From IMG/VR virus record IMGVR_UViG_3300037962_000730, positions 1-40,000 of that record: 40,000 nt of DNA; one strand, written 5' to 3'. The notes beneath the pieces are model-generated. The model was not told the origin of the DNA, searched no databases, and was given only the letters and a program-made list of their open reading frames with translations. Source of the stretch: a virus. Lineage: Duplodnaviria > Caudoviricetes. A program made the position numbers and the translations under genes. Below, one piece after another: positions 25,424 through 34,215 of this stretch. Position 1 is the stretch's first letter. Each line of letters begins with the position of its first letter.

Positions 25424-25834
25424 TTACGCTAAATACTGCTCAATCATGCGCTCAGCCTCTTTTAGCATCAACCCGACATGGCGGTGGTCTGACCGTTTTT
25501 TATCTTTATGCTCCCAATCTAAATGCGCCAGCCGTGGATATTCAATGTCTGTTAGATAGTGCTGTGCTATCTCTTTAGCTGTCCAGCATCGGTAATATTT
25601 GCGTCTGACGATTTGGAACAACACCTCATAGTCCTGTCTAAGCATCTTGATAGCAGCATCAATCAGCATCGCCTCATCATCGCTGATATAGTGCGCTCTC
25701 GGCGCTCTGCATGTCTCTGCTACGTTGCCCCGCATAATCAGCAAACATGGGCTGATATACCCAAGCCCGCTGCTATCCGACCGACTCCATGCGCCCCATG
25801 CTGCTAATTTGTCTTTAATATCCAGCTCAGTCAC
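25424..25834 (-). CDS. Q: Late antitermination protein Q (lambda Q-like)
   Basis: LAAWGAW and ISDDEAMLIDAAI motifs; last gene of the nin region. Confidence 0.85.
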   Translation of the reverse strand: MTELDIKDKLAAWGAWSRSDSSGLGYISPCLLIMRGNVAETCRAPRAHYISDDEAMLIDAAIKMLRQDYEVLFQIVRRKYYRCWTAKEIAQHYLTDIEYPRLAHLDWEHKDKKRSDHRHVGLMLKEAERMIEQYLA

Positions 25835-26115
25835 TTAGCCACCTCGATCAGTCCATTATCAACCCAAATCTGCATCGTCTCAAAATGCGCCCTCAAAATA
25901 TCCTGATATGTGCTATCACTCTTTACCCTGCCGTCTATCGTGTCGTGACAATTTGAGCAAGCAAAACACGCCATATAATCAGGTGGTTTAAGTCCGATTC
26001 CGCAAAAACTGTTAATGCGTATGTGAGCGAGCACCGTTGTCTCAGGATTGTAGTTACAGCCTGTGAGCCTTAACGTGCATTGCTGACCTCGTGCGCTTTT
26101 GCGTAGCTTACTCAT
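25831..26115 (-). CDS. DUF1364/YbcO-like Zn-binding nuclease-fold protein
   Basis: LRKSARGQQCTLRL.GC..NPETTVLAH...ACSNCHD. Confidence 0.85.
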   Translation of the reverse strand: MSKLRKSARGQQCTLRLTGCNYNPETTVLAHIRINSFCGIGLKPPDYMACFACSNCHDTIDGRVKSDSTYQDILRAHFETMQIWVDNGLIEVAK

Positions 26116-26572
26116 AGTAAATACCCTCATTAGGCTGTGTTAGCCGTAAACCGCGATTGACTGTAAAATGATGGTAAATAGCATCTAAATATCTTTGCAT
26201 CTGCCCTTTATTCATGGTGCGAGTTACAGCTACGTCTATCGGCTTCATCATGTACTTGACCTGCATTTCGTAAGACAGCTTGGCGTAAAACTCCTCTTGC
26301 ATGACTTGCGCATACTCATGGTCATCTTCACAAAGTATCGGTACGCCAAAAAACAACTTGCAAAGCCCTCTGTACTCCTCGTATGAGTGCTGTGGCTTTT
26401 GCTGATGCACCTCGGTTAGATAGTGGTGCAATAGGCTGTTCTGTGGTGTGCTGCGCTTTACCTTTTCGCCGTCCTCGTCTGTAGCCGTGTAAGGTAGTGA
26501 GCGGCTAGCTAGATAACTCATGTGCTTAAGTCGCTGTTCATCAGTCTTAACAACCCATGTTTTTTTAGTCAT
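26108..26572 (-). CDS. ninB: NinB/Orf-like recombination protein
   Basis: KRSTPQNSLLH and TRTMNKGQMQRYLDAI motifs. Confidence 0.7.
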   Translation of the reverse strand: MTKKTWVVKTDEQRLKHMSYLASRSLPYTATDEDGEKVKRSTPQNSLLHHYLTEVHQQKPQHSYEEYRGLCKLFFGVPILCEDDHEYAQVMQEEFYAKLSYEMQVKYMMKPIDVAVTRTMNKGQMQRYLDAIYHHFTVNRGLRLTQPNEGIYYE

Positions 26573-26990
26573 CGTCGGCCTCGCTTGCCTCCTCTCCTGC
26601 CAATGCCATGTATGCCGCCCCATCAAGATAATTGTCTTCTCGATACTCGCCTTGTTCCGACCTTGCGAGCTTTAGACAGCACATAAACTTCCAACCTTGC
26701 TCTGGTGTCAATTCATGCCCTGTCAGCGCGTTAAACATAGCTACAATCTTTGGCATTGAGCGTTCAGCTTCACCGCCTGATTTGTCGTAAGACTTGCCAC
26801 GCTCTGCCATTATTTGTACGGCTTCGTTTAGGATTTGGACGGCTTTTGGTGCGTCGTCTTTGCGTCCTTGACTTGTAACCTCAATGCACTCAATGCCGCT
26901 CGCATCCTTGTAGTGTGGCGGATGGTTTACCATGTCTTTCTCAACACTTGGCTTCACTCGCTTGTCATTGACCCATTGAATCTCACTCAT
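26565..26990 (-). CDS. DUF6378-like protein with an N-terminal DUF3310 fragment
   Basis: DMVNHPPHY..GIECIEV, then ERGKSY...MCCLKLAR...DNYLDGAAYMAL. Confidence 0.7.
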   Translation of the reverse strand: MSEIQWVNDKRVKPSVEKDMVNHPPHYKDASGIECIEVTSQGRKDDAPKAVQILNEAVQIMAERGKSYDKSGGEAERSMPKIVAMFNALTGHELTPEQGWKFMCCLKLARSEQGEYREDNYLDGAAYMALAGEEASEADDD

Positions 26991-26993
26991 AAC

Positions 26994-27188
26994 CTACCCC
27001 TTTCGATAATTGTTAATAAAGCTGCTCACACTGTCCGTGCTAAGCTCACCTCTATCATCGACCGACTCAATAACCGCTTGACCTTGCGTGTTGATCCAAA
27101 TGGACGTTATTTCGCATTCTGTGTTGTCTTTCTTGTGCGTTGATTTGTCGCCTATCAAGATTGGTCGTTTTAGTTTGAGATTAGTCAT
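26994..27188 (-). CDS. Hypothetical protein
   Basis: ORF coupled to its neighbours. Confidence 0.5.
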   Translation of the reverse strand: MTNLKLKRPILIGDKSTHKKDNTECEITSIWINTQGQAVIESVDDRGELSTDSVSSFINNYRKG

Positions 27189-27369
27189 TGTCTTTGCGCC
27201 CCAAATCAACCCAATCCATTAATTTCATTTCTTGCTTGTCAAGTGAGGCGGTCTGTTCTTTTATCTCGTATTTATGCTGGAAGCACGTTAAATATCTATC
27301 GTACTGGCTTGCATTAACCTCACCATCGGTCAGGTAACATTTGCAAATTTCACACTGCCTTAATTTCAT
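27181..27369 (-). CDS. Small Cys-rich hypothetical protein
   Basis: CxxC...CxxH. Confidence 0.55.
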   Translation of the reverse strand: MKLRQCEICKCYLTDGEVNASQYDRYLTCFQHKYEIKEQTASLDKQEMKLMDWVDLGRKDND

Positions 27370-27515
27370 ATCCGTAACCCCTTATGCACCTCATTAGCTA
27401 TCAAAATCAAACTCATGCCAGTGTTAAAAGCGTAAATGTTGTAACCTGCTGCCCACCAACCCAGCGAATTAAAAATCATTGAAAACACCAAAAATCCCAA
27501 CCAGTATTTATTCAC
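27366..27515 (-). CDS. 49-aa membrane protein (MNKYWLGFLVFSMIF...), not in the ORF track
   Basis: GTG start downstream of GGAG; ATGA overlap with the next gene. Confidence 0.5.
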   Translation of the reverse strand: MNKYWLGFLVFSMIFNSLGWWAAGYNIYAFNTGMSLILIANEVHKGLRI

Positions 27516-27620
27516 CTTCAAATCTCCGTTTTAATCCCTTTTAGCCCCATCAAGCACCCATTGCATCAAACTAACTCTTAAAGCTCACCTTGAGCCGATT
27601 TGATGCGTTTTTGTGCGTGT

Positions 27621-28037
27621 TTATCGACCATACACAATCATGGCTGCATCTCTAGCGTGTTCATTCGTCCGACCTTGCCAACCTGTGATGCGCTTAAACT
27701 CATCCGCTGATTTTTTAAGCCCCTTACCCATCGGCTTGACAAACACCACTTCATAACCGTTTTCTTTACACCAATCTTCCCAAATCTTTGCATCGCGCTT
27801 AACACTCCCTGCGCCTTGCAGTCTTGATTGAGTAGATTTGGTCTTACCGTTGAATCCAATCCACTTGCGCGCGTCCTCGATGTATAGCTTGCAATCCTGC
27901 GGTCGCGGATAGTGGCCTAATATAAAATCCATCGCCTTTGTGATTGTCATACTCTCAACTGCTGCTAACTGACCATCCTCCCACACCGCCACGCCTGTTT
28001 TGACACCTGTATCGATACCGATTTTTGCAATACTCAT
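27621..28037 (-). CDS. RuvC-like (RNase H fold) Holliday junction resolvase
   Basis: IGIDTG..TGVA, YIED and NEHARDA catalytic pattern. Confidence 0.7.
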   Translation of the reverse strand: MSIAKIGIDTGVKTGVAVWEDGQLAAVESMTITKAMDFILGHYPRPQDCKLYIEDARKWIGFNGKTKSTQSRLQGAGSVKRDAKIWEDWCKENGYEVVFVKPMGKGLKKSADEFKRITGWQGRTNEHARDAAMIVYGR

Positions 28038-28378
28038 TGCTTACCGCCTCCCTCATAGTTGTTCAGTGCATCAATGAGCAAATCGACTGGGCCGCTAATT
28101 CGCTCTGCGTAGTACATTTCTCCACAGTCGTTGCTATCCTCATAATCCTTTAATGCTTGGCGTAAATCTCTAGCTGCTCGAATCAAATCATCCAAAGCGT
28201 TGCTCTGACCGTTTGCGTACTTACCGCTTAGCTCGGCCTGGCACATTTGACAGTTGCCGTCTTTATCAAAGCAAAGATGGTCAATCGAGCCTGATGCAAA
28301 GACTTGATTGCATCGAGCACATTTGACTGGATTCGCTGGTACTAGTTTTGGTTGTTCTGATAGTCCGGTCATAATCAC
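28034..28378 (-). CDS. Hypothetical protein (CxxC motifs)
   Basis: ORF coupled to the downstream gene. Confidence 0.55.
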   Translation of the reverse strand: MIMTGLSEQPKLVPANPVKCARCNQVFASGSIDHLCFDKDGNCQMCQAELSGKYANGQSNALDDLIRAARDLRQALKDYEDSNDCGEMYYAERISGPVDLLIDALNNYEGGGKQ

Positions 28379-28509
28379 CCCTTAATAATCTGCTCAAAAC
28401 TTTTACGACTCATCGTTTCCTTAGTACCGTCCGCGTATGTAATAACAACCGTGTCCGCCTTGACCCACTCCATGCGCTGCACGGTCTTTTTGTTGTAGAT
28501 GTTTTTCAT
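28375..28509 (-). CDS. Hypothetical protein, 44 aa (MKNIYNKK...), not in the ORF track
   Basis: GAGGTGG SD; ATGA overlap with the upstream gene. Confidence 0.55.
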   Translation of the reverse strand: MKNIYNKKTVQRMEWVKADTVVITYADGTKETMSRKSFEQIIKG

Positions 28510-28877
28510 GCCACCACCTCGGCAAATGAGTTAATCAAGTCAAGGTCATACTCTGGGTGTTCTGCTCGTATCTCATTAATCAGCTCAGTACCAAATTTAA
28601 AGATCGTCTTTGATATATCCTTTTGGCCGCCCTTGCTTTTGAATACCAGCTCATTCTCCCCACACTTAAAGCCGTCTTTATCGAATATATGTACCGATAC
28701 TTGAAACTTACGCTTACGCCCCATAATCTCCGAACGCTTACCACCTGTGTATTTACCCTCTTGCAGCCAGTCCTCGGTAAATTGCGCTCTAAATGCTAAA
28801 AAATCAGGGTTGTTATCATGTAAAAATATAATCATGCTGCCGTTGAATTTAGGCTTGAACGCCTTTGGTTTTTTCAT
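28506..28877 (-). CDS. Hypothetical protein
   Basis: ATGA-coupled ORF. Confidence 0.65.
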   Translation of the reverse strand: MKKPKAFKPKFNGSMIIFLHDNNPDFLAFRAQFTEDWLQEGKYTGGKRSEIMGRKRKFQVSVHIFDKDGFKCGENELVFKSKGGQKDISKTIFKFGTELINEIRAEHPEYDLDLINSFAEVVA

Positions 28878-29068
28878 GCTTGCTCACCCCTTGCTATATC
28901 TGCTTCCAGTTGCGCCTCAATCTGCACAATATCCAATCTCTCTAGCAGCGCAGCCTCTTTGTGCTGGCCGCTATACTCAAACGCTGGTATCTGCCAGTAT
29001 TTGCCGTCCTCTAAAACCTCGCCGGACAGCTTGCCGTCTTTTTCTGTGAGCATTGTGATCTGTCTCAT
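28874..29068 (-). CDS. Hypothetical protein
   Basis: ATGA-coupled ORF. Confidence 0.6.
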   Translation of the reverse strand: MRQITMLTEKDGKLSGEVLEDGKYWQIPAFEYSGQHKEAALLERLDIVQIEAQLEADIARGEQA

Positions 29069-29727
29069 ACCGCGTCCCTATGCTTGCGCTTAAACTGGTT
29101 TAGAAAATCATCGACTGTGGCAGACATTGGGCTATCAGGTTGTAACGCTGTGTGGCTGTATTCGACCTGATGCGACTCAGGCACTTTGAAGCTCTTGCCC
29201 TCGCTATGCTCTTTGCAGACCTCTGGGTAATGCTTTTGCCAAGATTTGTAGCTAATCGACTCAGGCTGTGTCTTTAGCTCCCAGGTACCGACTCGATTTG
29301 CTGTCTCAAACGTAACTTCGTGCTTGTAGATGCCTTGTGCTGCTGCTAGGTACTCTTGGCGCATATCGGGATAGCTGCTTGCTGTGTCTGTGCGTCCTAG
29401 GGCTAAGAAGTCCGCTGGGTGACTAGGTGGCCAACCACCTGATAATTTCACTGCTCGCTCTGCTTTACCAAACTCCGCTTTTGTGATCTGTAACTCAGTT
29501 AGTATCTCCGCCCAATCAAAAACGGTATCTATACCCCAATCCTCGTCTTTGATTTTGTTTTTAAAAAGTCGTTTCCAGCCAACGAACATTTCAGCGATTG
29601 AGCTAGTTAACTGTTCGCTCGGTTGGCTGTGGTTGCCCGTAGCGTTCTGCATATTGCTGGTTGAGCATATCTCGGTACTGTTCTGCTTTTGATTTAGGTT
29701 GGCTGTTAGCTGATTGATGGTTTCCAT
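29065..29727 (-). CDS. Replication protein P-like (helicase loader position)
   Basis: Follows the initiator; WPPS.PADFLAL motif. Confidence 0.6.
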   Translation of the reverse strand: METINQLTANLNQKQNSTEICSTSNMQNATGNHSQPSEQLTSSIAEMFVGWKRLFKNKIKDEDWGIDTVFDWAEILTELQITKAEFGKAERAVKLSGGWPPSHPADFLALGRTDTASSYPDMRQEYLAAAQGIYKHEVTFETANRVGTWELKTQPESISYKSWQKHYPEVCKEHSEGKSFKVPESHQVEYSHTALQPDSPMSATVDDFLNQFKRKHRDAV

Positions 29728-30484
29728 TGTTATCCCCCTGATAATTTGTTTGCTGCGGTTTTGGCTGTGCGTTTAGATACCAATCAGCGTTAAACCCTTT
29801 CCAGTCTTTGCTTATCCAAAAAGCAATTATTTGATCCAGTGTGTGACCAGTTGCTTGTTGTGCTTTTTCCAGTGCGTTGAATATGGTTGTCCAAGCAGTT
29901 TTAGTGTTGGATGTCTTTTTGTCTTTTCTGAGAATTAACAAATCATTCCAAATCTGATCAGATACCGATTCAGGTTTTTCAGGTGAGTAAGATTTAGGTG
30001 CAGCTTTTTTTGGTTTACTTTTTTCTATATTTTTCTTTAAAGGTTTTTCTTTCTTTTCTTTATTACTTCCCAAATTTTGGGACACAACTGGGTCATATTT
30101 TGGGAACCTAATGGTCATATTTTGGGATGCTAAATTTTGGGATGCTAAATTTTGACCATGTTTTTCAGCGTTAAAAGCGGCGATATTTTCATAGTTCAAA
30201 GTGTAAATAGCGGTCTTTCTTTGCTGTGCGTTTTGGTTCAAAAAACCAAACTCAACTAACTCTTTTACGGCCTTTGAGACTGTGTTTTTGCTCATGTTGC
30301 AATTAGACTGTAGGAACGTGTTTGATAGGCTTTTTTCGTCATTGCCGTAACCATCAATCATCCTTACCATTCGCATCAACACACTAAACGCGACTGGCGA
30401 TAAGAACGGCTGTGCGTCAAATATCTTGTTGTCTACTCGCGTATAGCCTGTCTCTTTCATTGTCTGCCTCTTAATCGTTTGCAT
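29603..30484 (-). CDS. Replication initiator (O-like)
   Basis: GYTRVDNKI, w[20 protein letters not shown], internal iterons and a WKGFNADW C-terminal domain. Confidence 0.8.
   Translation of the reverse strand: MQTIKRQTMKETGYTRVDNKIFDAQPFLSPVAFSVLMRMVRMIDGYGNDEKSLSNTFLQSNCNMSKNTVSKAVKELVEFGFLNQNAQQRKTAIYTLNYENIAAFNAEKHGQNLASQNLASQNMTIRFPKYDPVVSQNLGSNKEKKEKPLKKNIEKSKPKKAAPKSYSPEKPESVSDQIWNDLLILRKDKKTSNTKTAWTTIFNALEKAQQATGHTLDQIIAFWISKDWKGFNADWYLNAQPKPQQTNYQGDNNGNHQSANSQPKSKAEQYRDMLNQQYAERYGQPQPTERTVN
30071..30158. repeat. Replication origin iterons
   Basis: Four copies of A(A/T)ATTTTGGGA plus one partial copy, next to a T/A-rich tract at ~30000-30065. Confidence 0.8.
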
Positions 30485-30956
30485 TGCGCACCTCCAACCA
30501 CTCATCCATGGTCTTGGTGCCTTTCTTGCTGTTACATGATCGGCAAAGTGTTTGTAAGTTCTCTATGTTCTTACAGCCACCTCTAGCGACTGGTAAAATG
30601 TGATCGATACATAGGTCATGCCAATCACCACAGCCTTTGCATCGGTATGCGTCACGCTCAAAAACCTTTTTTCTTAACTGCCACGTTATTTCTTTGCGCT
30701 TATACCCGTGAATTTTTGGCGGCGGCCTGACATACACCTTTGATATAATCAACTCCATATCTTCATGGACTGAGATAAATTCCTCGTACTCACGGTGGTT
30801 TTGTTCGCTTACCCACATCCTAGATACGGTATTTACTAGCAAGTCTTGTGAGATTAAATCTCTAACAATTTTTAATATGTAGCTGTGCGGCTTGCCTTGG
30901 TGCTTAGCTATAGCTCTACTGCTGTAAAATGATTTTTCTTGATTTGTATTACTCAT
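30471..30956 (-). CDS. Rha-like N-terminal domain fused to HNH endonuclease
   Basis: SSRAIAK..GKPH..ILK.VRDL, then [20 protein letters not shown]...[10 protein letters not shown]. Confidence 0.8.
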   Translation of the reverse strand: MSNTNQEKSFYSSRAIAKHQGKPHSYILKIVRDLISQDLLVNTVSRMWVSEQNHREYEEFISVHEDMELIISKVYVRPPPKIHGYKRKEITWQLRKKVFERDAYRCKGCGDWHDLCIDHILPVARGGCKNIENLQTLCRSCNSKKGTKTMDEWLEVRNAND

Positions 30957-31023
30957 AGGTATATACTCCGATTGTGTTTAAGTTTTCGAGACGCTCTCAG
31001 GTGCGAACTGAGAGCGTTTTTTA
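30939..31023 (+). ncRNA. oop/sar-like antisense RNA unit (promoter, ~50-nt transcript, terminator)
   Basis: TTGATT-N17-TATACT (30939-30967), then ACGCTCTCAG-N7-CTGAGAGCGT-TTTTT (30991-31022). Confidence 0.6.
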
Positions 31024-31350
31024 TTGCTTGTCCAACTCATACCTGATTACTCGATGTTTTTCGTCTCTTATGCTGTTCATCTGATAACCCATCTCGCGAA
31101 TGTTTGACATGATGTTGCTCAGGTAAGACAGCGACATATCAAAATCAGCCACATTGTAAAAACCATCTCTTTTCATCTGCTCGAAAATCCGTTGCCCTTT
31201 CTCTGTTGGCGTATCGCTTGCGACCTTTGAGCGACCTGCGCTCTTGCCTTGCTTTGGTTTCGCCTTTGTGCGAGTAGCACCCCCTTTGTGCGGTCTGCGC
31301 GGTGCAACTGTAAAACCTTCGCCAAAGTTATCTAGTTTTGTGATTTTCAT
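31021..31350 (-). CDS. Basic hypothetical protein, possible winged HTH
   Basis: C-terminal SYLSNIMSNIREMGY...YEL pattern. Confidence 0.55.
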   Translation of the reverse strand: MKITKLDNFGEGFTVAPRRPHKGGATRTKAKPKQGKSAGRSKVASDTPTEKGQRIFEQMKRDGFYNVADFDMSLSYLSNIMSNIREMGYQMNSIRDEKHRVIRYELDKQ

Positions 31351-31526
31351 GGCCTACACTCCTTCTTTGTCCGTGACCATTCTTTTGTCTGCCTAATCAC
31401 GATTTGCTTAGTTCTTTTGGTATAGTGATTTGAGTTGCAGTACAGACCTGTGTTGTCCTGACTTGTAAGCTGTTTGATACCGTGTTGCTTAATGTGCTGC
31501 TCGATTTCTGATTGACTCGTTGCCAT
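31347..31526 (-). CDS. Hypothetical protein, 59 aa (MATSQSEIEQ...), not in the ORF track
   Basis: AAGGG SD; ATGA overlap. Confidence 0.5.
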   Translation of the reverse strand: MATSQSEIEQHIKQHGIKQLTSQDNTGLYCNSNHYTKRTKQIVIRQTKEWSRTKKECRP

Positions 31527-31535
31527 GATTAACCC

Positions 31536-31748
31536 TTATGCAAAATGAAATAGTGCGTAAACGACGATTAATACCAGTGTGATATGCGTGATAAAACGCA
31601 TGACGCCACGCCAAAATATTTCGTTCATACGCTCTTTGCGTAGCTGCTCATCTAGTAGCGTCTGAGCGTTACGGTCTGCAATATATTCTTGTATTGCTTG
31701 CTCTTTGCTTGCTGCGAGTGATTGCATCGCGTCATATTCACTTTTCAT
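31536..31748 (-). CDS. Hypothetical protein with C-terminal TM
   Basis: GGAG SD before MKSEY; hydrophobic C-terminus. Confidence 0.6.
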   Translation of the reverse strand: MKSEYDAMQSLAASKEQAIQEYIADRNAQTLLDEQLRKERMNEIFWRGVMRFITHITLVLIVVYALFHFA

Positions 31749-31908
31749 TTTTGTTACTCCATTTGGTTGTCTTAGTTGTTTTTGGCAGATCGTAAGTTTT
31801 ACCGCCTGCAAATGTGACTCGCTTACCGTCCCAGCCTTCGCGCTGCTTTTGCATCAATTGAGAGTGTTTTAACTCACGCTCCCATGCCTGAATGTCTTGC
31901 TCTTGCAT
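31738..31908 (-). CDS. Hypothetical protein, 56 aa (MQEQDIQAWE...), not in the ORF track
   Basis: AAGGAG SD. Confidence 0.55.
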   Translation of the reverse strand: MQEQDIQAWERELKHSQLMQKQREGWDGKRVTFAGGKTYDLPKTTKTTKWSNKNEK

Positions 31909-31936
31909 CTTTTAGCTCCTTTTCGGTTACCGAAAA

Positions 31937-32122
31937 TCATTTAAGTATCTTTATCGATTTCGGGTTATAAATTAGTTTTCGAGCATCTTCCTTTACGCGC
32001 TTGACGTACCTATTTGCCGAATAACTAACAAGCTCCTCGACTGTCATACCCATAATTTCTGCTGCTCGCTTGATATCCTCTAGCTCGTCCTCGCTAAAAG
32101 ACGGCTGATCGTTATCAGGCAT
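31937..32122 (-). CDS. Small RHH-like regulator
   Basis: FSEDELEDIKRAAEIMGMTVEELV pattern. Confidence 0.5.
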   Translation of the reverse strand: MPDNDQPSFSEDELEDIKRAAEIMGMTVEELVSYSANRYVKRVKEDARKLIYNPKSIKILK

Positions 32123-32156
32123 AAGCCTCTCCTATTCTTTGGTTACCAAAAGTTCG

Positions 32157-32369
32157 CTAACCTGCGTCTTTCAAGTTTGTGTAATCTCGGTCAAACTCTC
32201 CTTTAAGTTCAGCTCTAAGCTCCTCGATAAATCTAAGCGTGGCTTGGCGTACTAGCGTGCTTTTTTGCAAGCCAGTCAAACCAGCCACCTGTGAAATCGC
32301 TTCAATTTCGTCATCATTAAAGCGAGCATTGACCCTGTGGTCTTTGATGTGTCTTGGGTTGTCGTACAT
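32157..32369 (-). CDS. RHH-type regulator in CII position
   Basis: RVNARFNDDE..AI..VA..TGLQKSTLVRQA; directly after cro. Confidence 0.6.
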   Translation of the reverse strand: MYDNPRHIKDHRVNARFNDDEIEAISQVAGLTGLQKSTLVRQATLRFIEELRAELKGEFDRDYTNLKDAG

Positions 32370-32372
32370 GGG

Positions 32373-32612
32373 TTAAGCCTCCTCTGGTTGTAGTCCGCTA
32401 CTGATGAGCTGACTAATATCGTTAATATTTGGATTGGTTCTAAATGCAGGTTTGATTTCAAAGGCTGTATAGCCATCATCGTCCTGCACAATGAATATGT
32501 TTCGATTTTTGCCACTTGCTTGCTGGACAGCGCCCTGCGTTACCCCTAAAAGCTCGGCAAGTGGGTCTTGCTTATACATTCTTACTGCTTTTTCTAGCGT
32601 CAGGATGTCCAT
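32373..32612 (-). CDS. cro: Cro repressor
   Basis: Q..LAELLGVTQGAVQQA...RNIFI...AFEIKPAF resembles lambda Cro; divergent from cI. Confidence 0.85.
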   Translation of the reverse strand: MDILTLEKAVRMYKQDPLAELLGVTQGAVQQASGKNRNIFIVQDDDGYTAFEIKPAFRTNPNINDISQLISSGLQPEEA

Positions 32613-32642
32613 AAGTTTGCCCTATAAATATCTTAGGTATTA

Positions 32643-32706
32643 ATAATAGCACCACTATTATGTTAAATCAATAGCTACAGTATTTGTATTAATAGCAAAG
32701 CTATTA
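32643..32706. promoter_or_regulatory. OR: three 17-bp operators and pR
   Basis: TAATAG-N5-CTATTA at 32644 and 32690, degenerate copy at 32669. pR is TTGATT-N17-TATTAT on the minus strand (32671-32643). Confidence 0.8.
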
Positions 32707-32737
32707 CAAAATACGCAAAAATCAATAAGGATCCGTT

Positions 32738-33445
32738 ATGAGCAAGGTTGGATTGACAGAGGCGCAGCTAAAAGATGCTGCTAGACTAAAGGCGATCTAT
32801 GAGGCTAAAAAGATTGAGGCGCGCAACAAAGGCAAGAAGATAAGCCAAGAAACTATTGCAGCAGATTGCGGATGGACACAAGGCGCAGTAGGTCACTTCT
32901 TAAATGGTCGTACAGCTTTGAGCTTGGAGTCCGCAATAAAACTGGCTGAGTCACTACAAGTACCAGTGTCGGACTTCTCACCGTCTTTAGCCAAACAAAT
33001 GAGTGGCGATAACTTTACGGTGCAAGGAAAATCCAAGTTTAAAAAAGCACCGATACTAAATTATGTACAAGCCGGTTCGTTTTGTGATTATTTTGATGAT
33101 GCGATTGTTGAAGAAGGAGTGCCCTATAACGCAGAGCTACACGGTGATGATTGTTTCTGGGTCGTGATAGAGGGCGATAGTATGATTAAGGATTTTTACC
33201 CAAAGGACATGGTTTTAATCAGCCCAAGCAGGCAGCCAAAAGCGGGTGACTTTGTAATAGCGCTTAAAAAAGGCGAGAATGCAACCACGTTTAAAAAATG
33301 GCGGCCAAGAGGTTTTGATGAGCAGACAGGGAGGGAGTATAGCGAGCTTGTGCCATCAAACGAGGACTACCCTATTATAGATAGCAGGTTTGCGCCTTTT
33401 GAGATTTGCGGTGTAGCTGTGGAGTACAGCAAGCTGCTTGTGTAG
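32738..33445 (+). CDS. cI: CI repressor (HTH plus S24 autopeptidase)
   Basis: SQETIA...WTQGAVGHFLNG HTH, VQAG cleavage site, GDSM catalytic Ser and TFKK catalytic Lys. Confidence 0.95.
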   Translation: MSKVGLTEAQLKDAARLKAIYEAKKIEARNKGKKISQETIAADCGWTQGAVGHFLNGRTALSLESAIKLAESLQVPVSDFSPSLAKQMSGDNFTVQGKSKFKKAPILNYVQAGSFCDYFDDAIVEEGVPYNAELHGDDCFWVVIEGDSMIKDFYPKDMVLISPSRQPKAGDFVIALKKGENATTFKKWRPRGFDEQTGREYSELVPSNEDYPIIDSRFAPFEICGVAVEYSKLLV

Positions 33446-33460
33446 CAAAGCCCAATAACT

Positions 33461-33486
33461 AAGCCGCCTTACGAGGCGGTTTTTTA
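33461..33486 (+). terminator. Terminator after cI
   Basis: CCGCCT-TACG-AGGCGG-TTTTTT. Confidence 0.85.
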
Positions 33487-33503
33487 TTGTCTAAAATAAA
33501 TAA

Positions 33504-33575
33504 TAGTAGTTTAGCTATTTATTTTTGCTAATTAATAGTTGAGCTATTGACTATTATTAATAGTATTGCTATTAT
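33504..33575 (+). promoter_or_regulatory. OL: three operators and pL
   Basis: Operators at 33504, 33533 and 33558 (TAATAG-N5-CTATTA family). pL is TTGACT-N17-TATTAT (33547-33575). Confidence 0.8.
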
Positions 33576-33689
33576 AACCACATCGCAAGGCAAAACGCGG
33601 ACGACGCAGCGATACCAAATTCAAGACGTAAAAAAGCCCTGCAATCCGACCAAAGACATACAGGGCTTACTTAACAAAGCGAGGACAGT

Positions 33690-34043
33690 ATGACAGACAT
33701 TATCAGATTAGACAATGACGCAGATCATGAAAGCAATGCGATTTACGTCATAAAAGGCGATATGGGTATCAAGATTAACTTTGATGCCGACATTAGCGAG
33801 CATGGCACACGCGGCGAATGTTGGAATGGCTTAGTCATGGTAGATGGTAGCAGTTGGGTCGAAGTAGATGCTATCAACAACCTAGCAGTTGACCATGTTT
33901 ACGACCCTGCTGACGGTTACGAGACCGAAGGTAACTACACAATAACAGACGCAGACAGACCGCGCATTATCGAGCTGATTAAGCAAGTTATCACAAACAC
34001 TGTCACAGCCAGACCAGCGGCTTACGACTACTACGTAGTATAA
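33690..34043 (+). CDS. Hypothetical protein, first pL gene
   Basis: GAGGA SD; acidic. Confidence 0.7.
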   Translation: MTDIIRLDNDADHESNAIYVIKGDMGIKINFDADISEHGTRGECWNGLVMVDGSSWVEVDAINNLAVDHVYDPADGYETEGNYTITDADRPRIIELIKQVITNTVTARPAAYDYYVV

Positions 34044-34053
34044 GGAGAGCGTC

Positions 34054-34215
34054 ATGAAGATATTTGAAATTACACACATCATGAAAGGCGTGACGATGGT
34101 TGAGCGCGTAGAGGCTGACACCAAGATGCAAGCGCGTAGCGTGCTGACCAGTCACTACAAGAGACAGCTCGATTTGGTATCGGTTGAGTTGGTCGAAGAA
34201 AGCGAGGTGGCGTAG
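34054..34215 (+). CDS. Hypothetical protein, 53 aa (MKIFEITHIM...), not in the ORF track
   Basis: AAGGAG SD; abuts the next gene. Confidence 0.6.
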   Translation: MKIFEITHIMKGVTMVERVEADTKMQARSVLTSHYKRQLDLVSVELVEESEVA

